A stretch of DNA of 64,000 nt from Rickettsiales bacterium (lineage in GTDB: Bacteria > Pseudomonadota > Alphaproteobacteria > Rickettsiales > UBA1997): positions 6,299 through 70,298 of the forward strand of contig JAYORG010000007.1 in the NCBI GenBank assembly GCA_038123275.1. Reading direction: 5' to 3'. Below are positions 50,727-59,646 of this stretch, piece after piece; positions within the stretch are counted from its first letter, which is position 1, and each line of letters opens with the position of its first letter. The notes below the pieces were generated by a model. The model was not told the origin of the DNA. It ran no database searches and worked only from the letters and a program-made list of their open reading frames with translations. A program made the translations under genes and the position numbers.

Positions 50727-50945
50727 AATAAAGGGGTAGGTTCATTTTCCTAGGTGCTAACATTTTACTCTTTAAACGCCAATTCGGGATAAGAAAAACA
50801 CCATATTTTCCTCCTAAAATGTGTTTTTTAGGCAAAAAATAACCGTTTATTTATTAGTGATAAAAACTTTAGATAAATCTAATATAGCAAAATTATTTGG
50901 CTGGTAATTTTAGCACTTAGGAAAATAAACCTCTTCACTTTATAT
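50727..50945 (+). mobile_element. MITE-like non-autonomous element, copy 1
   Basis: Terminal inverted repeats GGTTCATTTTCCTAGGTGCTAA (50739-50760) and TTAGCACTTAGGAAAATAAACC (50910-50931). No ORF. Colinear with the copy at 54222-54432 except for the central ~40 nt. Outer boundaries are approximate. Confidence 0.7.
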
Positions 50946-50946
50946 C

Positions 50947-51558
50947 TTAGTAGGATTGGGATCCTTGTTTATTATTACTATTGAGGGTTATTTGCTTCAC
51001 ATCCCTTGAATTAACCAAGACTGAAGGAGTTGATTGCAGAGTAACTTGTGTATTATTATTTAGATATTTTTCTTTTAAATATGTATTAGTCATTTCCTTA
51101 AAATATTGAGCAATATCATTGCTTAATTGATTGTCATTTAGGTCAGCGCCTTGTTTTCTTAAAAGATCAAAAAAACTATCAGGAACATCCCTCATGGTGC
51201 AATATTGCGATAATGCTTCTAAATTATCAACATGTTGCTTTATTTGACTAAGTGATGGTATTTTAAGTGCTTGTATTTTCTTAGAAAAAACTTCTCTTTC
51301 ATCATTAATTGCTGAATTAATCCAAGAAATAGACAGCTTAAACCTACCTTGATCCTTTTGGTTATGACTCCAATTATTGATAATTTGATCAATACAATAT
51401 GGTTTAATTTTTTGATTAATAAGTGGGTCTAGAATCATTATTTTAAGATATTCAACAATATTTTCTCCTTCTTTTGATGTAATATTTTGTTTTGTATCAG
51501 AAATTTGAGTTTTTTGTTCTTTACCAGGGGTTGAAGCTTCTTCTTGAGCAGAACGCAT
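50947..51558 (-). CDS. hypothetical protein (orphan)
   Basis: 203-aa ORF, 23 nt downstream of the 608-aa gene on the same strand. No recognisable motif. Confidence 0.5.
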   Translation of the reverse strand: MRSAQEEASTPGKEQKTQISDTKQNITSKEGENIVEYLKIMILDPLINQKIKPYCIDQIINNWSHNQKDQGRFKLSISWINSAINDEREVFSKKIQALKIPSLSQIKQHVDNLEALSQYCTMRDVPDSFFDLLRKQGADLNDNQLSNDIAQYFKEMTNTYLKEKYLNNNTQVTLQSTPSVLVNSRDVKQITLNSNNKQGSQSY

Positions 51559-51581
51559 AATTTTTAGTTTGAATATTAATA

Positions 51582-53408
51582 TTATCTTGAGCTATTTTGA
51601 TTATTCTGGTTGGTAGATGATTTGTCAACAACTTTAGGTGAATTTAGTGATGGCATTGGAATATCTAGGTTAAGTGGAATATCATTATTGCTATCATTAC
51701 TAGTATTAATGCCAAATTCTTTTTTTCCTTCTTTTTTTCCTTCTTTTGAAGAATTCATACAAAATCGGTTATTTTCAGTATCAAGAACTACATATTTTAA
51801 TAGCTGATTTTTTAAATGTTCTAAAATTTGGGCATCAGATGGATTTTTTTGCTTCATTGTTTTAGCAATATCAGTTTTCCAGCCATAATCTACTGCTTTA
51901 GCTACTTCTTCTTTTTCATCCTCTTTATGTTCTTTAACTGTTTGCCAATTTTCTAGAATTGAATTAGTTAAGAACCCATCAATTATCATATTTTTTGTTT
52001 GAGGATCTAAAAACAACAGACCATCAAAGGCATTAAATATCAATACAATATGTCTAGATACTACCTGGTATAGTATGTCTAAATTATTATCTCTTGGTAT
52101 AGAACCTTTTTTATATGGTGATTTGCTCTTTTGTTTTTTATCAAACGCAGCTTTTGTTTCTTCTTCATTTACTTTTGGATGCCAAAATAAACCGCATACT
52201 TTATCAACTATAAACTGATATTTGGTTATTAATAAAAGGTCATCTAATGACTTTCTCTTATTTGACACTGAGATTTCATAATCTGTATATGATTGAATTA
52301 ATTCTTTCTCAATATTCCAATGTTTTTTTAATAAACTTAAAACGGAGACATCTTTTAGAACTTCCATTACTCTTGATTTTCTTAATAAGATAGCCTCTTT
52401 TGATTCTGGTTTTGATTTTGATTCTAAACTGCGCAAACACCTTATTTCATGAATATTTTTAAGTAAGTCACTTAAATATCGTAATTTATTTTTATGGTGA
52501 CCTTCATTGGAAGTGTGAGGATTTTTAGGCATTCTTTCTTTTGGAAAACTGGCATATAACATTCTATTGGTGTCTACCATGCAAGCGTCTATTATGTTTA
52601 CTACTGCTGGGGTATATAATGATAGATTCCATCTTTTTATTGCTTCCCTGGTATTGGCAATAGACTTTTCTCCAACTACATTAAATACTACTGCTCTTGA
52701 GGCGTCAGATTTCTGATCATCTTTATTTTCTTCATAGTCATTACATGCTCTTAAATTACTAGTAATATCTTTTCTTGTATCTCTTAGAATTAATTTATCT
52801 TCAATCTCTGCTTGATTCTTTGTAATAATTTCTGTAATTTGACTTGTTAAGTTCTTACTAATTGAAAGTTGTTTGAATTTTTCTAAAAGTAGTGTACTTG
52901 CTTCTTTTATGGTCCTACCTTCAATTGCAGAATAGATTAATTCTTCAAAGAGTGTATAGGCTGAGACATGCTCACCTTGTTTTCCTATGCCAGTTGTCGC
53001 TCTATTTGCCCGTGAAGCATAGTCTGCTTTTGCATCTTCAATAGTAAGTTTTGGCTTAGCTTTAGTTGTACTGCGAAGCACCCTGTTACGAGTTCTAAGT
53101 GGGCTATCTTTAGAACGATATGCATCTTTTCGTTTTGGCCTTTTTTTAGGGGTTATTGTTTCTTCTGTAAGCTCAGAAGATAATCTCTCTTGGGCTTTTT
53201 TTAAAAAATTGGCACGAGTTTTAGGTTTGTATTTACTCAGTATCCTTAACATTATCTCTGAATCTTCTGGGGACATTTCATCATTTGTATTAAAGCTATC
53301 TTTTAATGAGATATCATCTATTGTAGAATTATTTATCTTTCTTTTTTTTCTTGGGCTGTTGTCATTTTTACTATCACTACCGCCGCTGCTGTTATTTTTT
53401 CCCCTCAT
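51582..53408 (-). CDS. hypothetical protein with an N-terminal basic, NLS-like region
   Basis: 608-aa ORF. aa 19-25 PRKKRKI and aa 87-94 PKKRPKRK lie in a disordered Ser/Lys/Asn-rich N-terminus. The remainder is predicted helical with no family recognised. Confidence 0.55.
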   Translation of the reverse strand: MRGKNNSSGGSDSKNDNSPRKKRKINNSTIDDISLKDSFNTNDEMSPEDSEIMLRILSKYKPKTRANFLKKAQERLSSELTEETITPKKRPKRKDAYRSKDSPLRTRNRVLRSTTKAKPKLTIEDAKADYASRANRATTGIGKQGEHVSAYTLFEELIYSAIEGRTIKEASTLLLEKFKQLSISKNLTSQITEIITKNQAEIEDKLILRDTRKDITSNLRACNDYEENKDDQKSDASRAVVFNVVGEKSIANTREAIKRWNLSLYTPAVVNIIDACMVDTNRMLYASFPKERMPKNPHTSNEGHHKNKLRYLSDLLKNIHEIRCLRSLESKSKPESKEAILLRKSRVMEVLKDVSVLSLLKKHWNIEKELIQSYTDYEISVSNKRKSLDDLLLITKYQFIVDKVCGLFWHPKVNEEETKAAFDKKQKSKSPYKKGSIPRDNNLDILYQVVSRHIVLIFNAFDGLLFLDPQTKNMIIDGFLTNSILENWQTVKEHKEDEKEEVAKAVDYGWKTDIAKTMKQKNPSDAQILEHLKNQLLKYVVLDTENNRFCMNSSKEGKKEGKKEFGINTSNDSNNDIPLNLDIPMPSLNSPKVVDKSSTNQNNQNSSR

Positions 53409-53603
53409 TGGTCAGTATTTGAGTTAGAATAAATAAAAATTTTATATCAAGAAATAATATAGTAACTCTTGATAAGTACCATTATAAACTAATTAGTAGT
53501 TTATGTCAAATTAAAGTAAATAAGTTGAATAAAGGGGTTATATGTTCAAGGTTTGTAAAGGTCAGGTTCAAGTTCATTCTTCAATCTTCAAAATAGTTTT
53601 TAA

Positions 53604-53878
53604 TTACTTATTAAATAAATCACTATGCGTCCCTGTAGCAAATAATATCAAACTATCTCCATCTAATTGATAAATTAAAAGCCAATCCGGCTCAATATGA
53701 CATTCTCTTAAATTTTTAAATTACCCTTTAAAAGATGATCTTTACATTTTTTAGGAAGCTCAATTTCATTTTGTAATAAATTTACAATCTTATGTAATTT
53801 ATCTAAATCTAATTTTCTTTTACGCGCTCTTTTGAGATGCTTTTTAAAAGAAGTGGTGATTTCTATTATTAAAGCCAT
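53604..53878 (-). pseudogene. frameshifted YafQ/RelE-family mRNA interferase toxin
   Basis: The minus strand reads MALIIEITTSFKKHLKRARKRKLDLDKLHKIVNLLQNEIELPKKCKDHLLKGNLK then a stop. The next frame continues LRECHIEPDWLLIYQLDGDSLILFATGTHSDLFNK*. The span is 275 nt, so one base is missing in an A5 run on the coding strand (T5 at 53713-53717 on plus). Confidence 0.75.
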
Positions 53879-53894
53879 TAATGATTCTAGGTTT

Positions 53895-54149
53895 TTATTT
53901 GGTGTCGTCTAATATTTCCTGAAAATTATTATATTTTTTTAGTTTATTACTTTTCTTATCTTTAATTGCCTGAGCAATCATCTTTTTTGTTGTAGAATTT
54001 AAATCCCCACTAACTTTAGTATGAGACATTTTTTCTTTAACTGCATCAACAATGAATTTTCTAATAGAAAAGTCATTTAAAGCTGAAAGTACCTTAACAG
54101 ATTTATACAAATCTTCAGGAAAATCGACGCTTATTTTTTTAACGGTCAT
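53895..54149 (-). CDS. ribbon-helix-helix (DinJ/ParD-like) antitoxin
   Basis: 84 aa. N-terminal RHH pattern KKISVDFPEDLYKSVKVLSALNDFSIRKFIVDAVKEKM. 16 nt upstream of the yafQ-like pseudogene. Confidence 0.7.
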   Translation of the reverse strand: MTVKKISVDFPEDLYKSVKVLSALNDFSIRKFIVDAVKEKMSHTKVSGDLNSTTKKMIAQAIKDKKSNKLKKYNNFQEILDDTK

Positions 54150-54221
54150 TTTTACTCCTATATAAAATAATAAATATTATAATATATATTTATATATAAG
54201 TAAAGAATAAAAATAAGAGGG

Positions 54222-54432
54222 GAAGTGTCATATAAGGTTCATTTTCCTAGGTGCTAATATTTTACATTAAAACGCCAATTCGGGATAAGAAAAATTCCAG
54301 ATTTTTCTTATCCCGAATTGGCGTTTAAAGGGTTTATTTGTTGGTGATAAAAACTTTAGATAAATCTAATATAGCAAAATTATTTGGCTGATAATTTTAG
54401 CATTTAGAAAAGTGAACTCAACCCCTTTATAC
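54222..54432 (+). mobile_element. MITE-like non-autonomous element, copy 2 (same orientation as copy 1)
   Basis: Begins GGTTCATTTTCCTAGGTGCTAA (54236) and ends TTAGCATTTAGAAAAGTGAAC (~54417). Contains a perfect 26-bp-stem hairpin (54270-54295 / 54301-54326, 5-nt loop). Confidence 0.7.
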
Positions 54433-54475
54433 TTTATTATTAATTTTTATCTTAAGAAATTAGTAAATTCTAATG

Positions 54476-54504
54476 TTGATAAATTTTACAATTTAGCCTA
54501 TAAT
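54476..54504 (+). promoter_or_regulatory. candidate sigma70 promoter of dps
   Basis: TTGATA-N17-TATAAT (54476-54481 / 54499-54504), ~50 nt upstream of the dps ATG. Chance matches are common in AT-rich DNA. Confidence 0.4.
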
Positions 54505-54555
54505 TAAAATTGTAAGTATGATTAATGCCTTATTTATTAATTAAATTAAAAAGAA

Positions 54556-54993
54556 ATGACTAATAAAAATGTATCAGAATCTTTAAAAGTGGCATTGGCA
54601 GATAGCTATGTGCTTTATCTAAAAACCCAAAATTATCATTGGAATGTAACGGGCCCAAATTTTAAATCATTTCATTTAATGTTTGAAGAGCAATATAATG
54701 ATTTATTTACAGCAGTTGATTTAATTGCTGAAAGAATTAGGGCAATTGGTGATAAAGCTCCCGGTAGCTTTGATAAATACAATAAAATTACCAATATCAA
54801 AGAAGGTGATGAAAATCTTGATGCAATTTCTATGATTAAGGAATTAGCCAAAGATCAGGATATTATTGCTAAAACTCTTACAAATGTTTTAAAAGAAGCT
54901 CAAAATATAGGCGATGAAGTTACGGCTGGTATTGTTACTGATAGGATTGAAGTTCATCAGAAGAATGCTTGGATGTTAAAGAGTAGTCTATAA
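54556..54993 (+). CDS. dps: Dps-family DNA-binding ferritin-like protein
   Basis: 145 aa. YLKTQNYHWNVTGPNFKSFHLMFEEQY (ferroxidase-site His/Glu), ..DLIAERIRAIG. Confidence 0.9.
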   Translation: MTNKNVSESLKVALADSYVLYLKTQNYHWNVTGPNFKSFHLMFEEQYNDLFTAVDLIAERIRAIGDKAPGSFDKYNKITNIKEGDENLDAISMIKELAKDQDIIAKTLTNVLKEAQNIGDEVTAGIVTDRIEVHQKNAWMLKSSL

Positions 54994-55151
54994 AAGACCT
55001 TTGCACAACTAAAATCGTTCAATTTTTTTCTATTTTTGGTATAAATTAACCAATTTTTTAGTCAAATATGTTCATATGTGACTAAAAAATCAGCTAATTT
55101 CCCCTCAAAACTAGAAAAAAATTGAACGATTTTAGTTGTGCAAAGGTCTTT
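54993..55151. repeat. palindromic MITE-like element with perfect 40-bp inverted arms
   Basis: AAAGACCTTTGCACAACTAAAATCGTTCAATTTTTTTCTA (54993-55032) is the exact reverse complement of 55112-55151. The 79-nt centre holds a second hairpin (TTAGTCAAATAT / ATATGTGACTAA). Lies between the convergent dps and cupin-like genes. Confidence 0.85.
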
Positions 55152-55211
55152 ATAAAGATAGGATTTGGTATTAGGTTAATTCCCCTAAATGATAAAAATA
55201 TGGGATGTTTC

Positions 55212-56258
55212 TTATCTCAAGTTGGCTTTAATAGCAAAAGAAAGCGCTTGCCCCATCTCTTCTCCTAAACAAAAAACCGAATGCCAACAGCAGGTTTCTT
55301 TTGTTGCTTGTGGCAGTAATAATATATCGCCTGGTTCCAGTTTAGTGCTATGGCCACGGGCAATTAAAAATTGTACAAATTCTTTAGTTTCATTTATAAG
55401 GTGAATTAAACTGTCATTTGCAAGAGAATCAAGCTGTTTGGATAATTTAGAACGGTTATCTATTAGCTCGCTTATTTCGCTTTTCATTTTTTTAGTGAGT
55501 GAGGCTGGCCAAGAATGAGTTTTTGCAAAATGAATAATTTCTTCAACCAAAATTTCTTTAGGCAGTGCAAGCCAAAAGGTAGAGCCTGTTAATTGTGCAA
55601 ACACAACTCCATCATGACCACGTTCTAAATCGTGGTGCAAATAAGAGCCACCATTTGGGGCATTAAAGTAGATGATACGTTCAACAAAATTAACGTCATC
55701 GCTACCTAGAATTTTTTTAAGTTTTTTCTTTAAATCAGCGTTATTTGCAATAATTTCCGATTCAGGAAATATAGCATCTGTAAGCTCGCCGCTAAGCTGC
55801 TGGCGGTATGGATCTGCTGCTACATCTTCTTCTAAGTCAATACCAAATGAAAAACGAAAACGCAAAGAAGGATCATCTTCATGAAATGATAACCATGAAG
55901 TTTTTAGCCATAAATCTTCGCTAATAATTTTATCGCCATCCATTACATCAAATGTTACCATTTCTATTTCTTGTTGGTCTTCTTCATTAAAAACACTACC
56001 TAGTGATTGAAATTTTGGTTCTAATCTCTTGGCATAAGGCTCTTTGGCCAACATATAATCACAGCCTTTTTCTTCTAATATTGCATGTACTAACTCTTCT
56101 GTTTGTTTAATATTTAAGCTGTGTGAATTAAGTAAATTTAGGCACTGACTTTGAAGTAAAATTGGGTAACCTTGATCCCATAATTTAAGGTCATTAGCTT
56201 TTGTTTGTTGTGTTGGCGCATTTCCTAACAAGAATCCGCGGCGTTTTAATTGCAACAT
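55212..56258 (-). CDS. hypothetical protein, possible cupin/JmjC-like fold
   Basis: 348 aa. GGSYLHHDLERGH...FWLALP and LEPGDILLLP...CCWHSV resemble cupin HxD...H and PGD..h.P..wWH blocks. The start ATG shares one base with the permease stop (TAATG). Confidence 0.35.
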   Translation of the reverse strand: MLQLKRRGFLLGNAPTQQTKANDLKLWDQGYPILLQSQCLNLLNSHSLNIKQTEELVHAILEEKGCDYMLAKEPYAKRLEPKFQSLGSVFNEEDQQEIEMVTFDVMDGDKIISEDLWLKTSWLSFHEDDPSLRFRFSFGIDLEEDVAADPYRQQLSGELTDAIFPESEIIANNADLKKKLKKILGSDDVNFVERIIYFNAPNGGSYLHHDLERGHDGVVFAQLTGSTFWLALPKEILVEEIIHFAKTHSWPASLTKKMKSEISELIDNRSKLSKQLDSLANDSLIHLINETKEFVQFLIARGHSTKLEPGDILLLPQATKETCCWHSVFCLGEEMGQALSFAIKANLR

Positions 56259-57013
56259 TAAGGGGTTAAATATAATTTGTATCTAGAATAAATCTTAATT
56301 AGACATGTAACTATAAAATATGAGATAACTACCAAAATTCCTGCCGGAAGATCAAATATTGCGGCAATAATAATTCCTAAAATTACTGAAACAATACCAC
56401 ATATCCAAGAAATTAATAATGGGTTTTTCTGATTTTTAGCAGCAATTGCTGGAAGTATAAGGCTTGCAAAAACAACATAAATTCCAACTAATTGAACTGA
56501 TGAAGTAATAGCAAAAGCAAAAATTAAATAAAATCCAATACCATTTTGTACTTTTGGTTTTAAAAACCATAATCCTATTACACCAATATAAATTGGTAAA
56601 TGTTGTAAAATATCTTGTAATGTAACAAACAAAATTTGCCCTGATAGTAAATGCACTATTTCATCACTGCCATGAGGATGATGGGATAAAAATAATATAC
56701 CAAGTGAGGCAGATAAAATAAAACTACAACCTATAATAGCTTCTTGAATATCTGGATTTATTTTTTCTGTATAGTAAAAAAATAAAGCTGACATTGTGGC
56801 AAATAAAAGCGCGATTATTTGATGCGACCAAGGATATTGTGATAAAAATATATTAGCTATTATTATTCCCAGTCCAGCAATTTGGGCAATGGCAAGATCA
56901 ATAAATATTATGCCTTTTTCTAAAACCTTAATTCCAAGTAAAGCATGTGTTAAAGATATTAGTAAACCAGCTATTAAGGCAGGAATTATGATTTCTATAA
57001 TTTCTACACTCAT
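56258..57013 (-). CDS. metal (Zn/Mn-type) ABC transporter permease, ABC-3 family
   Basis: 251 aa polytopic protein similar in layout to ZnuB at 15255-16037. Confidence 0.8.
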   Translation of the reverse strand: MSVEIIEIIIPALIAGLLISLTHALLGIKVLEKGIIFIDLAIAQIAGLGIIIANIFLSQYPWSHQIIALLFATMSALFFYYTEKINPDIQEAIIGCSFILSASLGILFLSHHPHGSDEIVHLLSGQILFVTLQDILQHLPIYIGVIGLWFLKPKVQNGIGFYLIFAFAITSSVQLVGIYVVFASLILPAIAAKNQKNPLLISWICGIVSVILGIIIAAIFDLPAGILVVISYFIVTCLIKIYSRYKLYLTP

Positions 57014-57014
57014 A

Positions 57015-57914
57015 TTATATATTATTTATCATTAAAAATATGATATTATCAAATAAAGAAAACAAATCCTTACTATTTTCATTACCGCCAACAGTATATG
57101 GCAAAGTTAATTCTTTTATTTTAGTTTTTTTATTAAGCCAATTACTTGCATCTTTTGAATCATAAGGAGTTAGGGTAATAAACTTTATTTGTTCATTATT
57201 TAAAAGAACTAATAATTTTTCTAAATGTTTGGTTGTAGGGGCAATTCCTGGTTTTGATTCTAATGTTACAATTTCATTAATTTTTAACCAATTAAATAAA
57301 TAGCTAAAAGATTTATGATAAGGTAAAACCTTTATTCCTTTTAACCTTAAGGCTTGTTTTTCCCATTTTTTAATAGAGTTTTTCCATTTTTGTACAAAAT
57401 TATTGTAATTTTTTTGATAATTATGTGAATTATCCGGATCTATATTTTTTAGGCGATTATTTAACTCTTTGGCAACTAATAAAATATTATATGGATCTAG
57501 ATGAATATGAGGATTTCCTTGAGGATGAACATCACCCATGGATCTGTCTAAAACTTCTGGTTTTTCAATTTGTGGCACAAAATTAGAAGCCATTAAATTA
57601 CCCTCTTGGCCAATTTGAACATTTACCTTAGCTTTTGAAAGTAATATTGGTAGCCACCCAACTTCTAAATCTGAGCCGGAACAAATTAGTAAATCTGCTT
57701 TTCTAATTTTAGCAATTAAGCTGGGTTTTGCTCTAATATAATGTGGATCTTGCCTAGCATTTGTTGCAGAATATGACTTAACATAATCTTTTCCAATTTC
57801 TTTTGCTAAAGACTGCCATTCTGGTTCGCAGGCAAAAATATTTATTTTTGCCTGTGACTTTATTGGTAATAATATTGCTATTATTACCAATAAGGAAGAT
57901 AAAATTTTATTCAT
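57015..57914 (-). CDS. metal ABC transporter periplasmic substrate-binding protein (ZnuA/TroA-like)
   Basis: Signal peptide, QDPHYIRAKPS and GNPHIHLDP metal-site motifs. Confidence 0.8.
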   Translation of the reverse strand: MNKILSSLLVIIAILLPIKSQAKINIFACEPEWQSLAKEIGKDYVKSYSATNARQDPHYIRAKPSLIAKIRKADLLICSGSDLEVGWLPILLSKAKVNVQIGQEGNLMASNFVPQIEKPEVLDRSMGDVHPQGNPHIHLDPYNILLVAKELNNRLKNIDPDNSHNYQKNYNNFVQKWKNSIKKWEKQALRLKGIKVLPYHKSFSYLFNWLKINEIVTLESKPGIAPTTKHLEKLLVLLNNEQIKFITLTPYDSKDASNWLNKKTKIKELTLPYTVGGNENSKDLFSLFDNIIFLMINNI

Positions 57915-57923
57915 AATTTAATT

Positions 57924-59252
57924 TTAATATTTGTGAGCTGAGTGAGCACCAAAACTCATGATATATTGTAAAGTAACTTGGTTATCATGACTATTTTTGG
58001 ATAATTCCTCATGGCTATATTGAAGACGAATACGGCTAAATTCACTATTTGTCCAATCAACCATTGTTGTATAGCTTTTAGGATCATGATTTTGTGAATC
58101 TAATGCACTATCAGACAAACCAGCCGGAGTATTAGCACTTAGCAATTCACTATATCTTAAACCAACTCGCCATTGTGGTTTAAACTTATATACAGTTTGT
58201 AAGTACCACCCAGAAGAATTATCATCAAAGTTAATTACTCCTGTTGCAGCTTTTGTATCTTCATAAGTGCCTTTTTCATCACGGTAAAAATATTCACCTT
58301 GAAGAGTTAACTCCTGATTTTTTGCATTTCCTGTTGGTGCAAAATTATATCTTAGATCAGCAATATAAAGATCAGTATCGCCTATAAAGGTAACATTGTT
58401 TCCATTGTCATCTTCATTGGTAACTCTACCAGTTTTTGCTTCTCCTGAAAGGGTAGAAACTCCCAAGCGCCAATTTTGCTTTTCTCCTATATCTGAGCCA
58501 ACTCTAAAATAGGCAGAATAGTTACTAGTGCCATCTCCGCCACCAAAAGGATAATCGTCTCCCCTAAATGATCCACCACCAATTTCTGCATAAAAATCAG
58601 TTGGTAAAATATAGGATATTTGAGCACCATCATCATTAAACGATTTATTAATAAAAGCCCTATATGTTAAAGGCCTGTCAGCAAAATCATCGCTATGAGC
58701 ATGATGTTCATTTAAATATCCTAATTTCCAAAATGATCTTCCTGCTTTAACACTTAACCCTGTAGGCAGGCCAAATCCTGGAGTGGTTTGGATAAAGGCT
58801 TCTTCTAATTCTACCTTGTCTGAGCCATCTTCATTGACAATAGCGGCAGTTAAACTACCAAAAAATTTATCATCAATATTAGAAGAAAAATTAAGTTCAG
58901 ATTCTCCAATGGAAAATCCTTCTTTTCCTCTTTCTCCTTCTTCGCCAACTCCAAAGCCAGCGAATTCAGATTCATTTTTCGAGAAATTAGAATATTTACC
59001 ATTTAAAATAATCCCAATTGACGGGTTTAATTTATTGCCATAAATATTACGAGTAGAATTGGCACTATTTAATGCTGTGCTATTTTTCTCTAATCTATTT
59101 TCTAGATTAGATATTCGTTTTTCGTAAGATTTTTTGATATTATAAAATTCATTTCTCAAAGATTTTATATCTGATCTAGTTGTAGCAATTGCAGAACCAC
59201 TCCACAAAGAAGCTACTAGCACAATAGGTGCTATAATTTTTATTTTAGTCAT
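57924..59252 (-). CDS. putative outer-membrane beta-barrel (porin-like) protein with an N-terminal coiled coil
   Basis: From ATG 59252: MTKIKIIAPIVLVASLWSGSAIA signal peptide, a heptad-like segment (IKSLRNEFYNIKKSYEKRISNLENRLEK), then alternating amphipathic beta-strand pattern ending in an aromatic residue (..HKY). Confidence 0.55.
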   Translation of the reverse strand: MTKIKIIAPIVLVASLWSGSAIATTRSDIKSLRNEFYNIKKSYEKRISNLENRLEKNSTALNSANSTRNIYGNKLNPSIGIILNGKYSNFSKNESEFAGFGVGEEGERGKEGFSIGESELNFSSNIDDKFFGSLTAAIVNEDGSDKVELEEAFIQTTPGFGLPTGLSVKAGRSFWKLGYLNEHHAHSDDFADRPLTYRAFINKSFNDDGAQISYILPTDFYAEIGGGSFRGDDYPFGGGDGTSNYSAYFRVGSDIGEKQNWRLGVSTLSGEAKTGRVTNEDDNGNNVTFIGDTDLYIADLRYNFAPTGNAKNQELTLQGEYFYRDEKGTYEDTKAATGVINFDDNSSGWYLQTVYKFKPQWRVGLRYSELLSANTPAGLSDSALDSQNHDPKSYTTMVDWTNSEFSRIRLQYSHEELSKNSHDNQVTLQYIMSFGAHSAHKY

Positions 59253-59355
59253 TTTCCTAATAATTTTTAGTTTTAAATATAAATAAATATAAAATAAGTA
59301 GCCATATAACGCATTAAACAACGTTATAGGTGAAACTTAAAATTAGTTTGTTTAA

Positions 59356-59646
59356 TTAGGAAAAGAAGGGAGGTGCTCTGGCTTCAAAGATTTGAGCTTT
59401 ACCAGAAAAAGGCAAAGTTTTTTTGAGATTGGTAATTTTAAAGTTTAATAAATTTGGAGTTGTTAGCTTATTAGGGGTGTGACCCAATAATTTACTTTGA
59501 TCTGCGCTTAGGCAAATATCACAATTTTTATTATCATGTTCATGCTTTTCAAAACTATAAGCACTAACATGCAAAAGCGAAAATGCCTGCATGCTAAGAA
59601 ATATAGCAATAATTAATGATGACAATAAACTAAGCTTTTTATTCAT
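59356..59646 (-). CDS. small exported His/Cys-motif protein (DUF2946-like?)
   Basis: 96 aa. Signal/TM segment, then EKHEHDNKNCDICL. First gene of the metal-uptake cluster. Confidence 0.45.
   Translation of the reverse strand: MNKKLSLLSSLIIAIFLSMQAFSLLHVSAYSFEKHEHDNKNCDICLSADQSKLLGHTPNKLTTPNLLNFKITNLKKTLPFSGKAQIFEARAPPFFS

Noticed and set aside
54150-54235. AT-only quasi-palindromes (TATATAAA...ATTTATATA) upstream of the RHH antitoxin, considered as a possible operator.
   Set aside because: The sequence is low-complexity TA-rich, so the apparent symmetry is not distinguishable from background.
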